A DNA stretch of 64,000 bases from Pseudogymnoascus verrucosus. Taxonomy: Eukaryota. How positions within the stretch are numbered: the first letter of the stretch is position 1; the number at the start of each line of letters is the position of its first letter. The position numbers were made by a program, and so were the translations under genes. The stretch is from NCBI GenBank assembly GCA_001662655.1, contig KV460210.1, one strand, 5' to 3'. Below the pieces are notes generated by a model that worked only from the letters and a program-made list of their open reading frames with translations, ran no database searches and was not told the DNA's origin. This document shows, piece by piece, positions 1 to 13,755 of this stretch.

Positions 1-188
1 CAAGACCAAAGCACGATTAAAGCTTGGAAATAAATCTTGGATATAGCTCTGGATGCTTGCAAGATCTGCCCTAGAAAGTGCAATTTCATACTGAGTTCGT
101 CTATACTCTCTGCTGGGAACTGGGTCCAGGTTGATATCAAGGACGCCCATACATCTTCAGCACACAGAACACCCAAACACAGCTGACA

Positions 189-506
189 ATGTGCAACTAT
201 CACCTACTGCATTACCTTTGCGGCCACACCTCTCTCTGGGCCGGCAGCAACTGCTACGACCTCTACACACAGCTCCAGCGCATCAACGACCCGCTCTACT
301 ACACCTCGCCGTACGCCCACCAGGTCCCATTCGAGATGCTGAGGCAGTGCTTGCCGAGTAGGAATAATATCAGACAGCAGAGAGTTGGAGAGTGCTGTGG
401 GTTGGTCGAGTGTTCGAATGATATGGGGTCTCTGTATGCGAGGAGATATGGATGCGGGACGGAGGATGCGGCTTGGGGGAAGAGGATTGGCGTTGGGTGG
501 AGATAG
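189..506 (+). CDS. Small Cys-rich hypothetical protein (fungal MCxY...CGH N-terminal type)
   Basis: 105-aa ORF starting MCNYHLLHYLCGH with GC3-biased codons; no signal peptide. Confidence 0.6.
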   Translation: MCNYHLLHYLCGHTSLWAGSNCYDLYTQLQRINDPLYYTSPYAHQVPFEMLRQCLPSRNNIRQQRVGECCGLVECSNDMGSLYARRYGCGTEDAAWGKRIGVGWR

Positions 507-844
507 GGGGAGGTTTTGTTATTCGAGTTGGAATGCCAGAGCTGGTAGAAATTGGGGGCTCTCTTGTGGGCTCGGAAGGTGTGAAAATGGTTGGGTGTGG
601 CATCTGTATTCGTTATTGAAGATTTTCAAGCAGCTCATATTTATGGAGGCTTATTGACGGAGGAGTAGTATTTTCTCGCAGCCTTCTCCCTTGGCCCATG
701 ACAATACAATGACTTTGAAGGGTGATATATTCGATGATATATTCAAGGTTTAATAAATTTTACACGTTATCCCATATATTCCCCAGCGGAGACGTTAACG
801 GGCGGTCTCCTCTTGTTCGCATATCTTACAGTCGGACTCTCCAT

Positions 845-1642
845 TCAACGCTTCGCAGCTGTCGCCTTTCCAGACACAACACCAACACCATCTCTCCACC
901 CCAACGGCACTAAAGCGGCTGCCACACTACCCAGGCCCCTTTCAGTTGCCAGCAGGTTATACTGTGCAGCCGCATTCCTCGTGTCTTGTATCTCAACCTG
1001 GATTCCAAGTGAATTAATCGCCTTCCTCGTCGCCGGACTCAGCGGCATCATATTCGGTCCCAATCCTAGAATCAACAGATCTATGGCATGTCAGTCTCCC
1101 ATTATAGCTCTCAACACAAGTTTCGGTAACATACCAGGTTTCGGCCACACCATTCCCAGAACTCCCCAACTCTCGTCCCCAACCTCCCACAGCCCTTTAT
1201 CGTTCGCCAGTCTCTTATTCTCCTCTCCTTCCGCCCTATTCGCATTCCACGGCTTCCATGAAAACACCTCCCCATTCACCAGAAGTACACCAGCCCCATT
1301 CGTAATCTTCACTCCGTTATTAAGGTGGAACCCGTCCCAGAGACACGCGTCGATCGCGGTACTGGGCACGGGTGTGCCGCCGAGGACGTCAAGGTTGGAG
1401 AAGTCAGTCTGTGTGCTCTCTTCACTAACTGGGCCGCGGTCGCGGGATGGCGGTTTGTGCATTGAGACTAGTGTAGTAGATAGAGAGCGCGAAGGCGACG
1501 ATAGTGCTCGTGGGGTAAGGAGGGAGGTCGCGGGGCGGCGGGTAGAGTAACAGCGGGAGCTGGGAGAGAGGATCGAGCGGGCGATTTCATGGATGCTAGG
1601 ACGCGCAGAGGCGCGTTGAAGATGTCGGAGAGGCTGCATCAT
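845..1642 (-). CDS. NDUFAF3: NDUFAF3/Mth938-domain mitochondrial complex I assembly factor (2 exons, intron 1134-1081)
   Basis: Arg/Ser-rich mitochondrial presequence; IDAC..DGFHLNNG, WPKP|DLLILGLG, DTRNAAAQYNLLATERG motifs; GT..CTGAC..TAG intron joins the two ORFs in frame. Confidence 0.9.
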
Positions 1643-2212
1643 GTTGGTTGAGCCCGTACGACAGGAATTAATGGGTGAAAGGTCGTAGGTTCTTCGGTTA
1701 GTGTTGGCACTTCGGAGATGGAGCTGTCAAGTTGATATATTTTTAGCGGCGCGCGATAAGATTACAAGCGCCGACGTCACTAATTCCAAGGGTAAAATTC
1801 CAGGAACGGAAGGAACGATCTATCAATTTTGATAAGATGGCTTTGGAATACAAAACTATTAATCATGAGAAACTAATCTACGTAGCTATTGTTAAATTAT
1901 TGTTCCTCCTGAAATATTGTGGTTACATTGTTCACATAGTATATTTATTTTAAACGCTAATTATTTATATATTTATTCATTTTTATAACATCGTTGCACT
2001 GGGATATTTACAATACTCTACTCCTAACTGCCGGACAATTCCAACTATGTGTTGCCCTATAATTTAAACTACAAAAAACAATCCCTCTAGCGACCTCTAT
2101 AATAACATCAATTTACAAAGAAGAGTGCAGCTACCCGTCACCGATGGATTCGCCGAATAAATAAGCTGCTCCCTGCGACGAAATGACCCAGTGGCTTAAC
2201 CACCAGCCTTTC

Positions 2213-2340
2213 CGAGGAAGGCACGACTGGCCGAAGGGAAAGAAGGACCAGATACCGGAGGGAAGGCATGATTGGCTACTTAGGGAAGGAAGAACCATAT
2301 ACCAGAGGGAAGGCATGACTGGCTGCTAAGGGAAAGAGCG
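2213..2340. repeat. Degenerate tandem repeat, ~3 x 45 bp
   Basis: GAGG(G)AAGGCA(C/T)GA(C/T)TGGC...AGGGAA recurs at ~2214, ~2258 and ~2305. Confidence 0.6.
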
Positions 2341-4699
2341 AAGGGCAACCCGCTGTGGAAGGAAAGAGCGGCCAGCCAACGGGGAAAGAACGACCAGCCG
2401 AGGAGGGCATTGCGGACCGGCTTCATCTTCTAAACTCGTTGGTTTGGCTTCCGTCTACTTGCAGCTGTACGCGTACAGTAACGTCCCTACCAATTCCGCG
2501 GACAGGCTATCAAGAGCCCGCAAATATTCTCTTGGAGATACGGAACGTTTCGGGAGTCTCTACACACAATACGGACATCACGACCATCGGGAAACTGAAA
2601 CTAGACGCGACGAACAATTCCCAATACGATTATACGGGAAGCCATCATTAATGCAAACTTACGCATGACTGATGGGGTAATGCATCCATTGAGCCAAAAT
2701 GGATCGTCGCCTTCCCAGGCCGAAGCCGACTAATTCATCTGATATTCTGCCCTACACGATATACCCCGTATAATACTATACGTGCATCAGTGTCGAACTT
2801 ATCCTTTATTCCGAAGAGAAAACAGATAAAATTAAGATTACCAGTTTGTTATTGCAGAAGGAAGGGGATAGAAAATACGAAAAGAGATGTGGACCCTTTT
2901 TTTTCGCGCCCAGAACCCCGGAACCATGCAGGTCCATAAGCGGCGGCCTCTAAGCGGGTGGTGAGACAAGATTGCTGTCTCAGGTCCACTCGGTAGCGAC
3001 GTTGAGAGTTTGACAACCATCAAGGTGCAACGGGCGACCACCCAGACCGCCACCTGTTTCTGTTCACCGCTGGTGTACTACTCAATGCCACGTTCTGGGC
3101 TTCTGTGCGTTGTGGAAGCCAAGAACGGATGGATAGGATGGATAGGATGGATAAATGGGCGCAAATGGGCGCGAAGCCCGGGTGCATGCTTTGGGAAACT
3201 TGGGACGAAATTTGTCAGAAGCCAAAGGTTAGCTGGTACGCCGAAGCTGCCGGGCAGCTATCCTTCCGGACTCTTCTCATCTCGTTGCCCACTCAACCGG
3301 TCCAGTCCAGAGGAAGAAAGGAGGATCGCAGGATACTCATTAAATTTCTGACTGAATGCGTCGTTGGCGCGTGACGCCGGCTATTACCCTCTCAATCAGT
3401 GAGCGGCGGTTATGAAGCTGATGATATCAGGACTCGCGTGTTGCCAAGGACAGGCTCTACAGCAAGAATGATGCATCACGGAATAGGCGTGGGCCGAATG
3501 TTTTGGGGGAGCCTACAGGGCTATCTTGAGTCTGGTCGGATTAGTTCGCAATTGGGGTGTAAACAAGCTGATTCAAGCTCGATCTGTACAGGAAGTTCAC
3601 ACGGTCCATTGATCAATCATAATAGGCGGTAGGTGCAGAGTTGACATCTGTAGGGCTCTTTTAACCTCAGGGGTCTTTTTGCTCTTTTCGTTCGATCAGT
3701 GGGCGGTTGGTCCACCCTGAGCCCGTGCCCAGATGTTTCTTGTCTGGGGTGGCAGCTACCAATTTGATGCCAACTCCAACAAGCGAGTTTCAACATCGCG
3801 CCTCAAAATGCTCGGCGGGGTCGGGCTCAAAGAAAGACGCCTTTTGTCATAACCCATGATCCCGATTATAGCATCAATCGAAGAAGATCAGATCGTCTGT
3901 GATAGAGTACTTGATCCGTGGAGCCGCAGTGAGAACATCTCACATGGTGTGAATCTTCAGACAGGCCCCACGGTCGGCGTTTAATCCGATGACATTCTGT
4001 GGCTCGTGAAGACCGGGGTGCGGATTCTGAACACACTTGTAACATCAACGATACTCGCCCTCAAACACCAAACACGCATATGACGAAAGCCGCGCTCGCC
4101 AGCAAACGCCCGCACGGCCCCGGAAACACCGTAGGCCGCTCGTTCTGGCCTGATAAATCCCACATGGACTATGCTTCAAGCCCATGCATGATTAGAAACT
4201 GATCTTTGCCTCCAAGTTTTACCATCCTAATCATCGCTATGCGGATGACTAGAGCAGATCGTGCAGCTGCACGGACCGGGGCCCCGTTGAGGGTGGATGG
4301 TGGGAACGTGCATCTATATAGCTTCGTCGTCTCCCCGATTCAGGATCCTTTCTCCTGTTTCTTGCCTCTACAACCTGTTGACTACTCTCCTTAGCAGTCT
4401 CATTTCGTACTCTCTTTATTGCCCAACTGGCTTGGCTGCTTACGTTCTTTACATTTAATATTTTATCGGTGTGCTTTATTTACTTTTACAACCCACCATC
4501 CTCAGATATAACTTCCTTCGAAGTCCATCTTCAAAACCGCAATTTACATTCTTCAACAGCTCGGCCTGTTCCATTTTATAACTTTCGATTCTTCATCTCC
4601 CCGTTTTTTGGGAAACCTCTTTATCTACTTATCTTCATATCACTGTCGTCTACACCACCGAGTATAACTATCAAACAACCCACACGATCAACGGCCATT

Positions 4700-5627
4700 A
4701 TGTCTCCAACTCTGATGAACACCTCGATGCACATGGCATCCAGCCTACGCACGACCCCTCCCTCCGACTTTCTCGACCGTCATGAATATGGCGTAATTAA
4801 GAATCGCACGAAACCCGCCTCCACCGGCGGCGGCCGCGCATGGAGCGAAGAAGAAGTTCGTGTTCTTCACCACCCTATCTTCTCAACCACGCCCACTAAC
4901 CGCTCACTTGTAGGAAGTCTACCTGCTCCAAACACGCCTCCAAAAGATGCCTTATAAGCACATCGCTGCGCACCTCAAGAAGACCGAGCTCGCCTGCCGC
5001 CTGCACTACCACCAGCTCTCGCACGGCTCCAACCGCCGCAAGCGCACAGCCTCCATGTCCTCTGCAGCTTCGACAGCTTGTCTCTCCCCACCGCCCCCAA
5101 CAATCCCTTCCCCTATCCGCGAACGCCCTATCTCGCCACCATCATACTCTACATCCCCCACCCCAACTACGCCCCTCATCACCCTTCCCCGCCTCCTCCC
5201 TCCCGTCGCCATCCTCCCCAAACCATCCCCCGCCACCACCACTCCACTCACCCAGCACGCACCCCCACCCCAGGCTGCACTCCGCCTCAACTGCTCCGTC
5301 GCTGCCTCCGCAATGACGCCGAATGACATCGACAAAGAACGTCTGCGCCGCATCTACGACAACCATCGCGCGGCCTTCTGGTACGCCATTGCGGCCGAGT
5401 ACGGCGCACAGGCACCGCCCGCGCTGCTCGAGGAAGTGTGGCGTAGGGGTGGATGGTGTGCGCCGCCTACACCATGTGGGAGCCCTGAGGGGGACGTCCG
5501 CGATACGACAGAGAAGAGGAGGTCCAGCATTAGTGATTTGTTGGGCATCGATGCGAGTCCCAGAAGTCCAAGGGAAAGGGAGCTGATTAAGCGGTTGGAG
5601 GAGGAGGGAAGGATGGAGATGGTTTAG
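4700..5627 (+). CDS. Myb-like DNA-binding protein (intron 4856-4913)
   Basis: Spliced GRAWSEEE|EVYLLQTRLQKMPYKHIAAHLKKTELACRLHYHQL Myb/SANT repeat; Pro/Ser/Thr-rich middle. Confidence 0.85.
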
Positions 5628-6193
5628 TGGATGGGTGCTGGTCTTGTGGGGACGGGGAGGAAGGCGTTGGTGTTGGTGGTGTTGTTTTCTTCTTCTTCAT
5701 GTTTGTTGGGTCCGAGATGGGGTTGGGAGTTGGTGGTGGGATGACGTTCAACGAAGGGAATGACTACGGTGGATTCAAGGATTTATTCTCTTCTATCTGA
5801 TGACAAGGTTTTTGGCGGGTGGTTTGGTGCGCTGTTACCGGTATCTGCGTCGGAGTTGTTGGCGCTGATGATGGACGGTGGGGGGGGGAGAGTAGATTTC
5901 GTGGTGGTTTCTTATTCATGGTAGCCTTTTTTGTCGTGGGGTTCGTTGGGGTTATATTGTGCTGTGTTTATGTCAATGATTGGAGTTATGGCGTATTCTT
6001 CTGTGCTGTTGTTTCTACTTGATGTGCTCTGTGACTACCACCACCATCGCCATCACCGTAAAACCCATTGGAGTAGGTATACTCTACCTACAACGTAGAA
6101 ACGAGCTTTCATAGACTCAAGGGAAGCGGGTACCTATGGACACTTGTTTGGGGGGGTAAGGCTGTAGCAGCGACAATGTAATATTATTGTTTT

Positions 6194-7363
6194 CTAGAAG
6201 TATCTCTGCCACTCTTTCGAAGAAACCTTTCTTGCCTCTAGAGAATGGCGACCCAACCCACTGGAGACTGAGATCTGCCGATCATGCAAGGATGATGGAA
6301 CGTTTAATCCCATTGGAACTTGCTCAGTTATTGTTTGCGACCTAGGAGAGTGCCGCTGGTCATCCAAAAACTGCAAATTGGCTTCCCCGAGGTACGAATC
6401 GTACACTCTCCCATCTCCTTCTCTAGCCTCACCCGTACGTTGTTGTGATGATCTATTCGTCCAGGCATTCACTACTGGAGTCCTTTGGGGCGTTTCAAGC
6501 GTTGGCGACGTATAATTAGGGCCAACTTGCAAGCTTTCATTGTCATGCATCACCGGCTGGTAGTCGGCTTGAATCACCTCCTGGTTTCCTTGTGCGTTTT
6601 CACTGTGGGCAAGGGACTGCCTTCGTGGATCAAGCTGCTCTTCGTTATGCCGAGCAAACAGAGTCGGAGGCGATCCCGGCCATGGATGTTCTGTTTCCTG
6701 AGATCCGGGCGACTCCGAGATAGAGTCATTCCGATAGTCCGTTCTGCTTGCGACGTGAAGTTTCTCTTGTAACCATGCCTTCTGCTGGTCTTCAAACGTT
6801 AACGGAAGGCGCTTCCATTCCTCCACTTTAGCTTGTTTGGATAGTGCCGTGCTGTGATTTGTGAATGCATCGTGGTATTGAGATGGTTCAAATTGTGTAT
6901 TGCCACCCTGGTGAAAATGGGTATTGATGAAGGACAACGCCTCGAAGAGGGCGATCTCTGTTTCTATAAGCCTTTCCTCTAGGCTAGAGATATATCCTGA
7001 TGGAATGCCTCTATTGAAAGTCAAACTATCAGTAAGAAAAGAACATTGAAGACAAGCGTACTGACCTCTTGTTGCTTTGGGGATATTGACAAGTAGTCCC
7101 TGCAGAACTACATGACGAGCAGGTTGGTCTGCAAAATTAGACACGGCGCAATTAATTTAATATCAATGTAACCTGAAGTCTTCTCACATCTTGCGATCAC
7201 ACTACGCGTCGGACTCATCATTAGCATAGTTTCTAGCATTCTGTCGGTTAAATCTCACCTTGCATTTCTTCGTCCGACAGTGCTCACAGGCGATAGGGTT
7301 TAGTTGGCTTTCCTAATTTAGCATCAGCATTGGTCCATGTGAGATCATTAAGAGACTCACCAT
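6194..7363 (-). CDS. Zn2Cys6 zinc-cluster protein, multi-exon, with no recognisable middle-homology domain
   Basis: Micro-exons encode ACEHCRTKKCK / CDRK / PTCSSC..CQYP, followed by the KRGIPSGYISSLEERL coiled coil and a low-complexity tail; start at 7363 uncertain. Confidence 0.75.
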
Positions 7364-7995
7364 AGTTATGAGGGAGTATCTTTTTCTCCTGCAGGATGGA
7401 CAATTATAGTCCGGAGACTCCTGTGCGGGGTAACGAACATCCTAGGGTAACAGGGGTACTTGACGCCCCACAAAAAGCTCGATGGACAAAACCATCGTCA
7501 TTGCTTCTCGGTCAACTTCAGTTAGCTGTGAAAAATGGAAACAATGAATTCCTGTTACCCCGCATCCGAGCACACGAAAAAGTCCGAGTGGTAGGCCTTG
7601 AAGTCGGCATTTTCCATCGCTGATGAATTATCAGCGGGAAACTGGGCCGCTTGGTGAGGAGTACCCACATGACTCGATGTCCATTGTGGAAGAAAATGCC
7701 ACTAGTTCGCGGGCCATCCCCATACATTGCTGTAACTATTGGATTAGCGTAGGTTCCATGCGGGGAAAGGCTTCTGGGACCATTTTCAGGACGTCGTTGG
7801 CTGAGATTGGCTTCAATGGCAAGTCTTTAAGCCTCAAATATTGACAGACACGCGTTTACCAATTCCCCGAGTGTGTCGATCATCCAACTCTGCCTTTAAA
7901 CCTCTCTAGACGTTTGGTCGGCAAGATGTTAACATAATAAAACAGCGCATGCTGATCTATCCCGCCAACAAGAAGCCAGAGAGACGAGGAAGCAT

Positions 7996-10289
7996 CATGG
8001 CGCCGGAACACTCCCCTAACAATCGGCTGATGCGGGAAGACCAGTCAGAGGACACCGTTGGAATCACGGACGACAGCAATATGACAGTTGAACCTTCTGC
8101 CAAAAGGAGGAGGGTATTTTTGCAGACTATGGGCCAGCAGCTCCGAGAGGTGGGCGTGTTGCAAACAAGCCCAAGAGAAGTCGCCTCGGATTTTGTTAGT
8201 GGTGCAAGAGACGCATCGCATGTCCAGCCTCTGGACGGGACGCCTAGAACAGGTGGCTCACAGCATGTAAATGTGCAGACCCAAACGCCGGACAGCGATG
8301 CTGTCCCGGGAATGGATGACCAGCCTCTAACTGGGGCTTTAATGAGCGCGTCCAAGAGCCTCTGGCTGCCTGGCGAGATCTTGACTGTGCCTATCGAAGA
8401 AGGGGGCGATACCTTCACGTTTGAAGACCTTCTGTCCTGGACGTGTAGCTACTTTGATAACTGGCATCCGGCGTATCCCTTCCTCCACGCCCCCTCTGTT
8501 CTCGAACATTTCGGCCATGTGATAGACCACGGAGTATTAGACTCCACGGATTCATTAAAGCACAAGCTTACAATCCTTCGATCCATCATGTCAGTGTCAC
8601 TTATAGATCGGAGACAAACGGCGACAACGATGAGGCCTGTGCCATCACAACTGGTTTTTGCTTCCCTCAACGATGCTATTCAGAGCGTTCAATGCATGCT
8701 GACGGACGAGAGTTCGATCGTTGCATTGCAAGCAATCGTTAGTGTGCAACTTCTCTTCATTTCTATGCTGCGATATAATGCAGCTTCTCGGCTGCAAGGC
8801 CTTGCAGTCCGTATGGCTTTCCACTTGGGGCTTCATCGCTGCCCAATGAAATTCTCGGATTTTCCAAGGAAAGAAGCGCGGCTGAGGCAGCGATTATTCT
8901 GGTCAATCTATTGTATTGATCGTTATATCTCCATTCGACTTGGTGTTCCCCTCGCCATTCGAGATATAGACATTGAAGCTTGTTTCCCTACTTTAGAACG
9001 ACATCTGGAGGGGGTCCAGTCACAATCAGGTTCGCCTCTATTTCTCTTAGCCTGTTCTATCAGCTAACCTCTACAGATACTGATGGACGACTGGACTTGT
9101 TCGGATTTCTTGCAAGACATGCCGAGATCAGAGGGTCGATTACGGAGCTGCGCAACAAATCTGTCTTGTATAAGCAGACTGAAGTCGACGACGCCACAGT
9201 CATCGATGCGAAGCTTAGTAAATGGTGGAATGAAGTCGATGAATACCTTGAATCGAATAGCCATGAGTCGCTACCAATAAGCCAATACCACCAAGTGACT
9301 CTTGTTGTTCTCAGATATGAGTCAATCATCGCCCTCAATAAGTATACTGTGGCGACATCAAAAAAGGGTTCAGTTTATGATGCGGCGCTACAAAATTGTA
9401 TTACTGCGGCAAGATGTATTATTAGCACATTGCACAAGGCATTGGAGCCTCAAGATGTTGGCTTCTCTACAACACACGAAGTTGCCGGAAGCTGTGGCCT
9501 CCTATGGCCATCATTTACATGGGCTGTATGGATGAGCGCATTTCTTATGGTATACGCAGCAAGGGAAGGCCAGGTTCCCCAAATTGTATCTACTCGGTAT
9601 GCTTTGTTTAATCTTTGCCATTTTAGCACAATCGAATATCTCTAACTGTATATAGACTCGTAGACAGGGCCTTTAAAGTTCTAGAACACCTTGCACTACG
9701 AGGAAGCATATGGCCTAATGCATGCGCTATAGCAATCCGAGACTTGCGCGCACAACTTGTTAACCAAAGAATACACTCGAAACAAACATATACTCGCAGC
9801 AACCACTCGTATAAAAATGATCAGAGTAGAAACATCCTCCGCACTTCCTCGGGTTTCATTCCTCCTCGATCTAATAGTGGCAACGACTTCAGCGTTGGCA
9901 CTAGCAACTCGACTAGATGGCAGAATCCGGAAACCTCTGGCGCTGGATCGAACCTTTCCCGTGGCAATCACGATATGGAGAGCAACCAGAATATGCCGAG
10001 CATCCAAGAGGATTCCGAGCCGCCGTCCACAAACCGACTGTCATCGGTGAACTTCTCTGGCGTGCCGCAGTCTCCCATGAACTCCCATAACCGGATGTTT
10101 TCGGAGCTTTCGGGTCTTATGCCGAGTTTTAGAGACGCTGAGGGGAATGGATATGTGTATAGGATGGGAGGGGAGTTGGGACTGGATCTACAGATGCCAA
10201 ATCAGGACGGAGTAGAGCTGTTTTACGGGCTAGATACCCCGTTTTGGCTTAATGGCGATCAGTGGAGAGGTTTAGGCGATAATCCTTAA
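7996..10289 (+). CDS. Fungal-specific transcription factor domain protein (introns ~9030-9076 and ~9597-9656)
   Basis: YFDNWHPAYPFLH, AVRMAFHLGLHR and RQRLFWSIYCIDR motifs of the fungal TF middle-homology region; start uncertain. Confidence 0.8.
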
Positions 10290-10500
10290 GCGCAATGTAT
10301 GGTGAAAAGAATTAGCTAATATGGTAAGAGAATGTGTAATTTAAATGGATGGGGCAGGGCTATATGGTATTATGGAATGAATGTTAATTTAAGTAGGCAA
10401 CTTGAGCACCATGGGTTACTACGCAAGTCAAGAGTAAGGTGCATAGATTGAAACAAGTTATATAAATTCATTATCTCTGCAAGCCGTCTTCAATGCCAAC

Positions 10501-12080
10501 TCAGTAGGCGTAAAAGATGGTGCTATATGGATCCTGCTCCTTAAGCCTCTTATTAATGCGCCCCAGCCAGATCTTCATGCCCCAAGCCGCGGCGATTGTC
10601 ATAAATGAGAAGCACGCATTGCTCGTCATGGCGGTGACGTATTTTGGCGCATCGCTATTAGGATACAGGTAAGGTGTGTATATGAAGGATGCCATTGACA
10701 CCACGTTCACCAAGGATAGTGACACAGCTTTCTTCTCGGGTGTCTGCCCAAGAGTCGCAGAGACCCAGCCTAAGATAACAGAGTTGACACTGTACACGCC
10801 CGAAGCGAAGAGAAAACAAGAGATATAGCGTGCCGCCACATTGAGTGTAACACAGCTTATGACGAAACCAACCATTGCAACCCCCATGCAAATGGTGATG
10901 TGCCAGGTCCGCTCATTGTAGCGACCAGACGACCAGCCGATGAAAACTCCAAACGCCCCAGCAAAAATAGTGGGTGGAGACGTGAGGAGCAGGGTGATTA
11001 TGGGGTCATATTTGAGAGCCTTGACAACCGACGGAAAGAACTGGTTGAAAGATGTAGCGCTGAGATGCATATTCTGCATGAAGGCGAAAAGGTAAATCCT
11101 CGGGTCTCGAATCGCCTCGAGAAAGCCTGCGCGGACTCCCTTGCTCTCCTCCAGCCCGGCGGTATCCCTACGAATTCGGCTTTCGGCAAGCTCGCGCTCT
11201 TCGACTGTCAACCATCGAGTATTATTTGGGTAGTCCGGAAGCATGTATATTGTAAAAAAAGCGACACCGAAGGTTACGGCGCCCTCGACAATAAAGAGCC
11301 ACCGCCATCCAGCAAGACCGTGGGCGCCATCAAGAGTGCTAAACGTTGCTGCGGCAATAAGGCCTGCGAAAGCGACGGCGACAATGTTCCCAGCGTAGAG
11401 TATGGAAACGCGGGTGGCGATCTCTTTGCGGGTGTAAAAGAGGGAAAGTATGTAAAGAGCCCCGGGGTAGAAGGGAGCTTCAACGGCACCTGTATTATAT
11501 GTTAGTCTTGCGGCCTAGAAATGGCATCAAAGTAGCAAAAAGGATTGTGGGAATAGCTTACCAAGGAAGAAACGAACAAGGACAAGGCCAATGTAATTTT
11601 GAACTCCCGCAGTGGCTGCTGCAACTGCTGACCATGCCATCATACAGACGCCCATATACACTGATGGTCGGACTTTGCGGGATGACAATAACATGTTGGA
11701 AGGGATTTGCATGAACAGGTAGCCAACATAAAGGATACTTATGGCAGTATTGTACTGTGTGCCATGTAACTTGAGGTCTTTTTCGAGAGTATTCAGCTTC
11801 GCATTAGCAAGAGCATTTTGATCAAGTTTGTTCCTAGTTGGAATGCATTAGCTTCCTATCTTTAAGATTGTTATATTCTGCGATGAACTTACAAAAAGTA
11901 CATGCAGAACAGAGCGGGCATGATTCGCATGTCAAGCTTGCGAACAAGGGCAATCTCTGCAGCGTCCGTCTTCTGGACGGCTCCAGAATAATCACTTCGT
12001 TTGTTTTTCTCATCTTTGTTCATGGTAGTTTCCTCCATGTGCGCTGCAGTTGCAGCTTCTTTCTCCGCCTTAACTGACAT
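10501..12080 (-). CDS. MFS transporter, Dal5/allantoate (anion:cation symporter) type, multi-exon
   Basis: ALVRKLDMRIMP, NAKL, QIPSNM, RFFLG, LPDYPNNTRWLT.EE motifs; 12-TM-type hydrophobicity. Confidence 0.9.
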
Positions 12081-12795
12081 TATCAGCGTAGAGCTTCGAA
12101 ATTGTAAGAATTTTTTGAGTGAATCGATGCCAATTGAGCAAGGTAGAGTAAATCTCTGCCCAGAAACTCTAGAAATATTAAAGAGAAAAGACAACTCTTA
12201 AGAGGGCATCTCTACTTCTTGTACACAACCAGATAGGGCGTCTTACCTCCTTACTTATGAGTCCCCCGTAAATCCCCAGACTCCGAACCTGGAGAAGTTG
12301 GGGAAATAGTGGGGCAGAGTGAGAATACCAGAGTTGCTCGGATAGATGCCGTGTTGAAGGGGCGGCTAGCACAAACGTTTGTCCGGGTGCCACTTGTGGT
12401 TTCGTAGAGGCGAGGTATACAGCGTCCGCACATGTCTTTGTCCGACCGGCCGAGTAGTATGATAACAAGAAAGTATCATGTCGCAGTTTTATTTGTCCGT
12501 TCGATGAGCGGCAGTCGTCCGAAGGCTCACACATTCACCAGAATCATCAGTTAATATTGTATGTGACACGCTATGAAAGATGCTCGCCCCACTCATCTCG
12601 AACCATCATAGCCGGATTGTACAGTACAATATCTTTATATAAGGACATGCTGCGCTGATGCTGAACTTATCTTGTTCCATTAACTCACATCTATCATTTA
12701 CATCAACTGAGCAAGAATCGAAATTAACAACATAGACGTCTTCTCCAATCGTCTTATACGCACCATTACCTACAGTCAAAACGACAACGATCAAC

Positions 12796-13755
12796 ATGGG
12801 TTCAGCATCTACTACAGCTTTGGATCTTCGTGGTCTCACCCCTGCTCCAGTTACTCCATTCACGCCCAACGGAGACATCGATTACCCCGCCATCCAGCGC
12901 ATCGGCTCTTGGCTAGGCAGCATTGAGGGTGTCAAGGGCTTGGTTGTCCTTGGCCACGCCGGCGAAGGCACCTTTTTAACTCAAGATGAGCAAGCCGATG
13001 TCATTCGCGCCTTTGTCAAGTCAACCAATGGCCGTGTTCCCGTCATTGCGGGAATTACAGCCGAGGGAACCAAGGTAGCGGCTCTTGAGGCTCAGCGTGC
13101 CAAAGCCGCAGGCGCCGCAGCTGGTCTCCTCTACCCATCCCACGGCTGGCTACGCTTTGGTTACCAGGAAGGCGCACCACAGGACCGCTATAAGGTCGTT
13201 TATGAGGAGAGCGGCCTCCCCTTGATTCTATTCCAATACCCGGACGTCACGAAGGCAACTTATAACCTTCAGACCATGCTCGATATCAGCGCACAGCCAG
13301 GCGTCTTTGCCATGAAGAACGGTGTCCGCAACATGCGCCGCTGGGACGTCGAGATCCCTATCATCCGCCGGGAGCGTCCGGAGCTCCAGATCCTCTCTTG
13401 CCACGACGAATATCTCCTCCATACTGCCTTTGACGTGGATGGTTTCCTCGTTGGCTACGGAACTATTGCCCCAGAGCCCCTACTTGAAATGATTGCGGCT
13501 GGCAAAGCGAAAGATTACAAGAAGGCCCGCGAAGTCCATGACCGCCTTTTACCGTTAACCAGGGCTGTCTACCACCGTGGCTCGCATATGGAGGGCACTG
13601 TAGCATTAAAGCACTCGTTAATTGCTCGTGGTATTCTAGAGCATGCTACTGTGCGGTCATCGCTACTGCCTCTTGAAAAGGGTGCAGACAAGGAAATATA
13701 TGATGCAATGAGCTCAACGGGACTACCAAAGGCTCCTAAAGCATACCAGGCATAG
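12796..13755 (+). CDS. DHDPS/DapA-family class I aldolase/lyase, intronless
   Basis: APVTPF..GDID, LGHAGEG, conserved Tyr in LFQY, Schiff-base Lys in AMKNG. Confidence 0.88.
   Translation: MGSASTTALDLRGLTPAPVTPFTPNGDIDYPAIQRIGSWLGSIEGVKGLVVLGHAGEGTFLTQDEQADVIRAFVKSTNGRVPVIAGITAEGTKVAALEAQRAKAAGAAAGLLYPSHGWLRFGYQEGAPQDRYKVVYEESGLPLILFQYPDVTKATYNLQTMLDISAQPGVFAMKNGVRNMRRWDVEIPIIRRERPELQILSCHDEYLLHTAFDVDGFLVGYGTIAPEPLLEMIAAGKAKDYKKAREVHDRLLPLTRAVYHRGSHMEGTVALKHSLIARGILEHATVRSSLLPLEKGADKEIYDAMSSTGLPKAPKAYQA

Noticed and set aside
12796..13755. Calling the gene dapA of lysine biosynthesis
   Set aside because: Non-canonical GHAGE motif, and ascomycetes use the aminoadipate route
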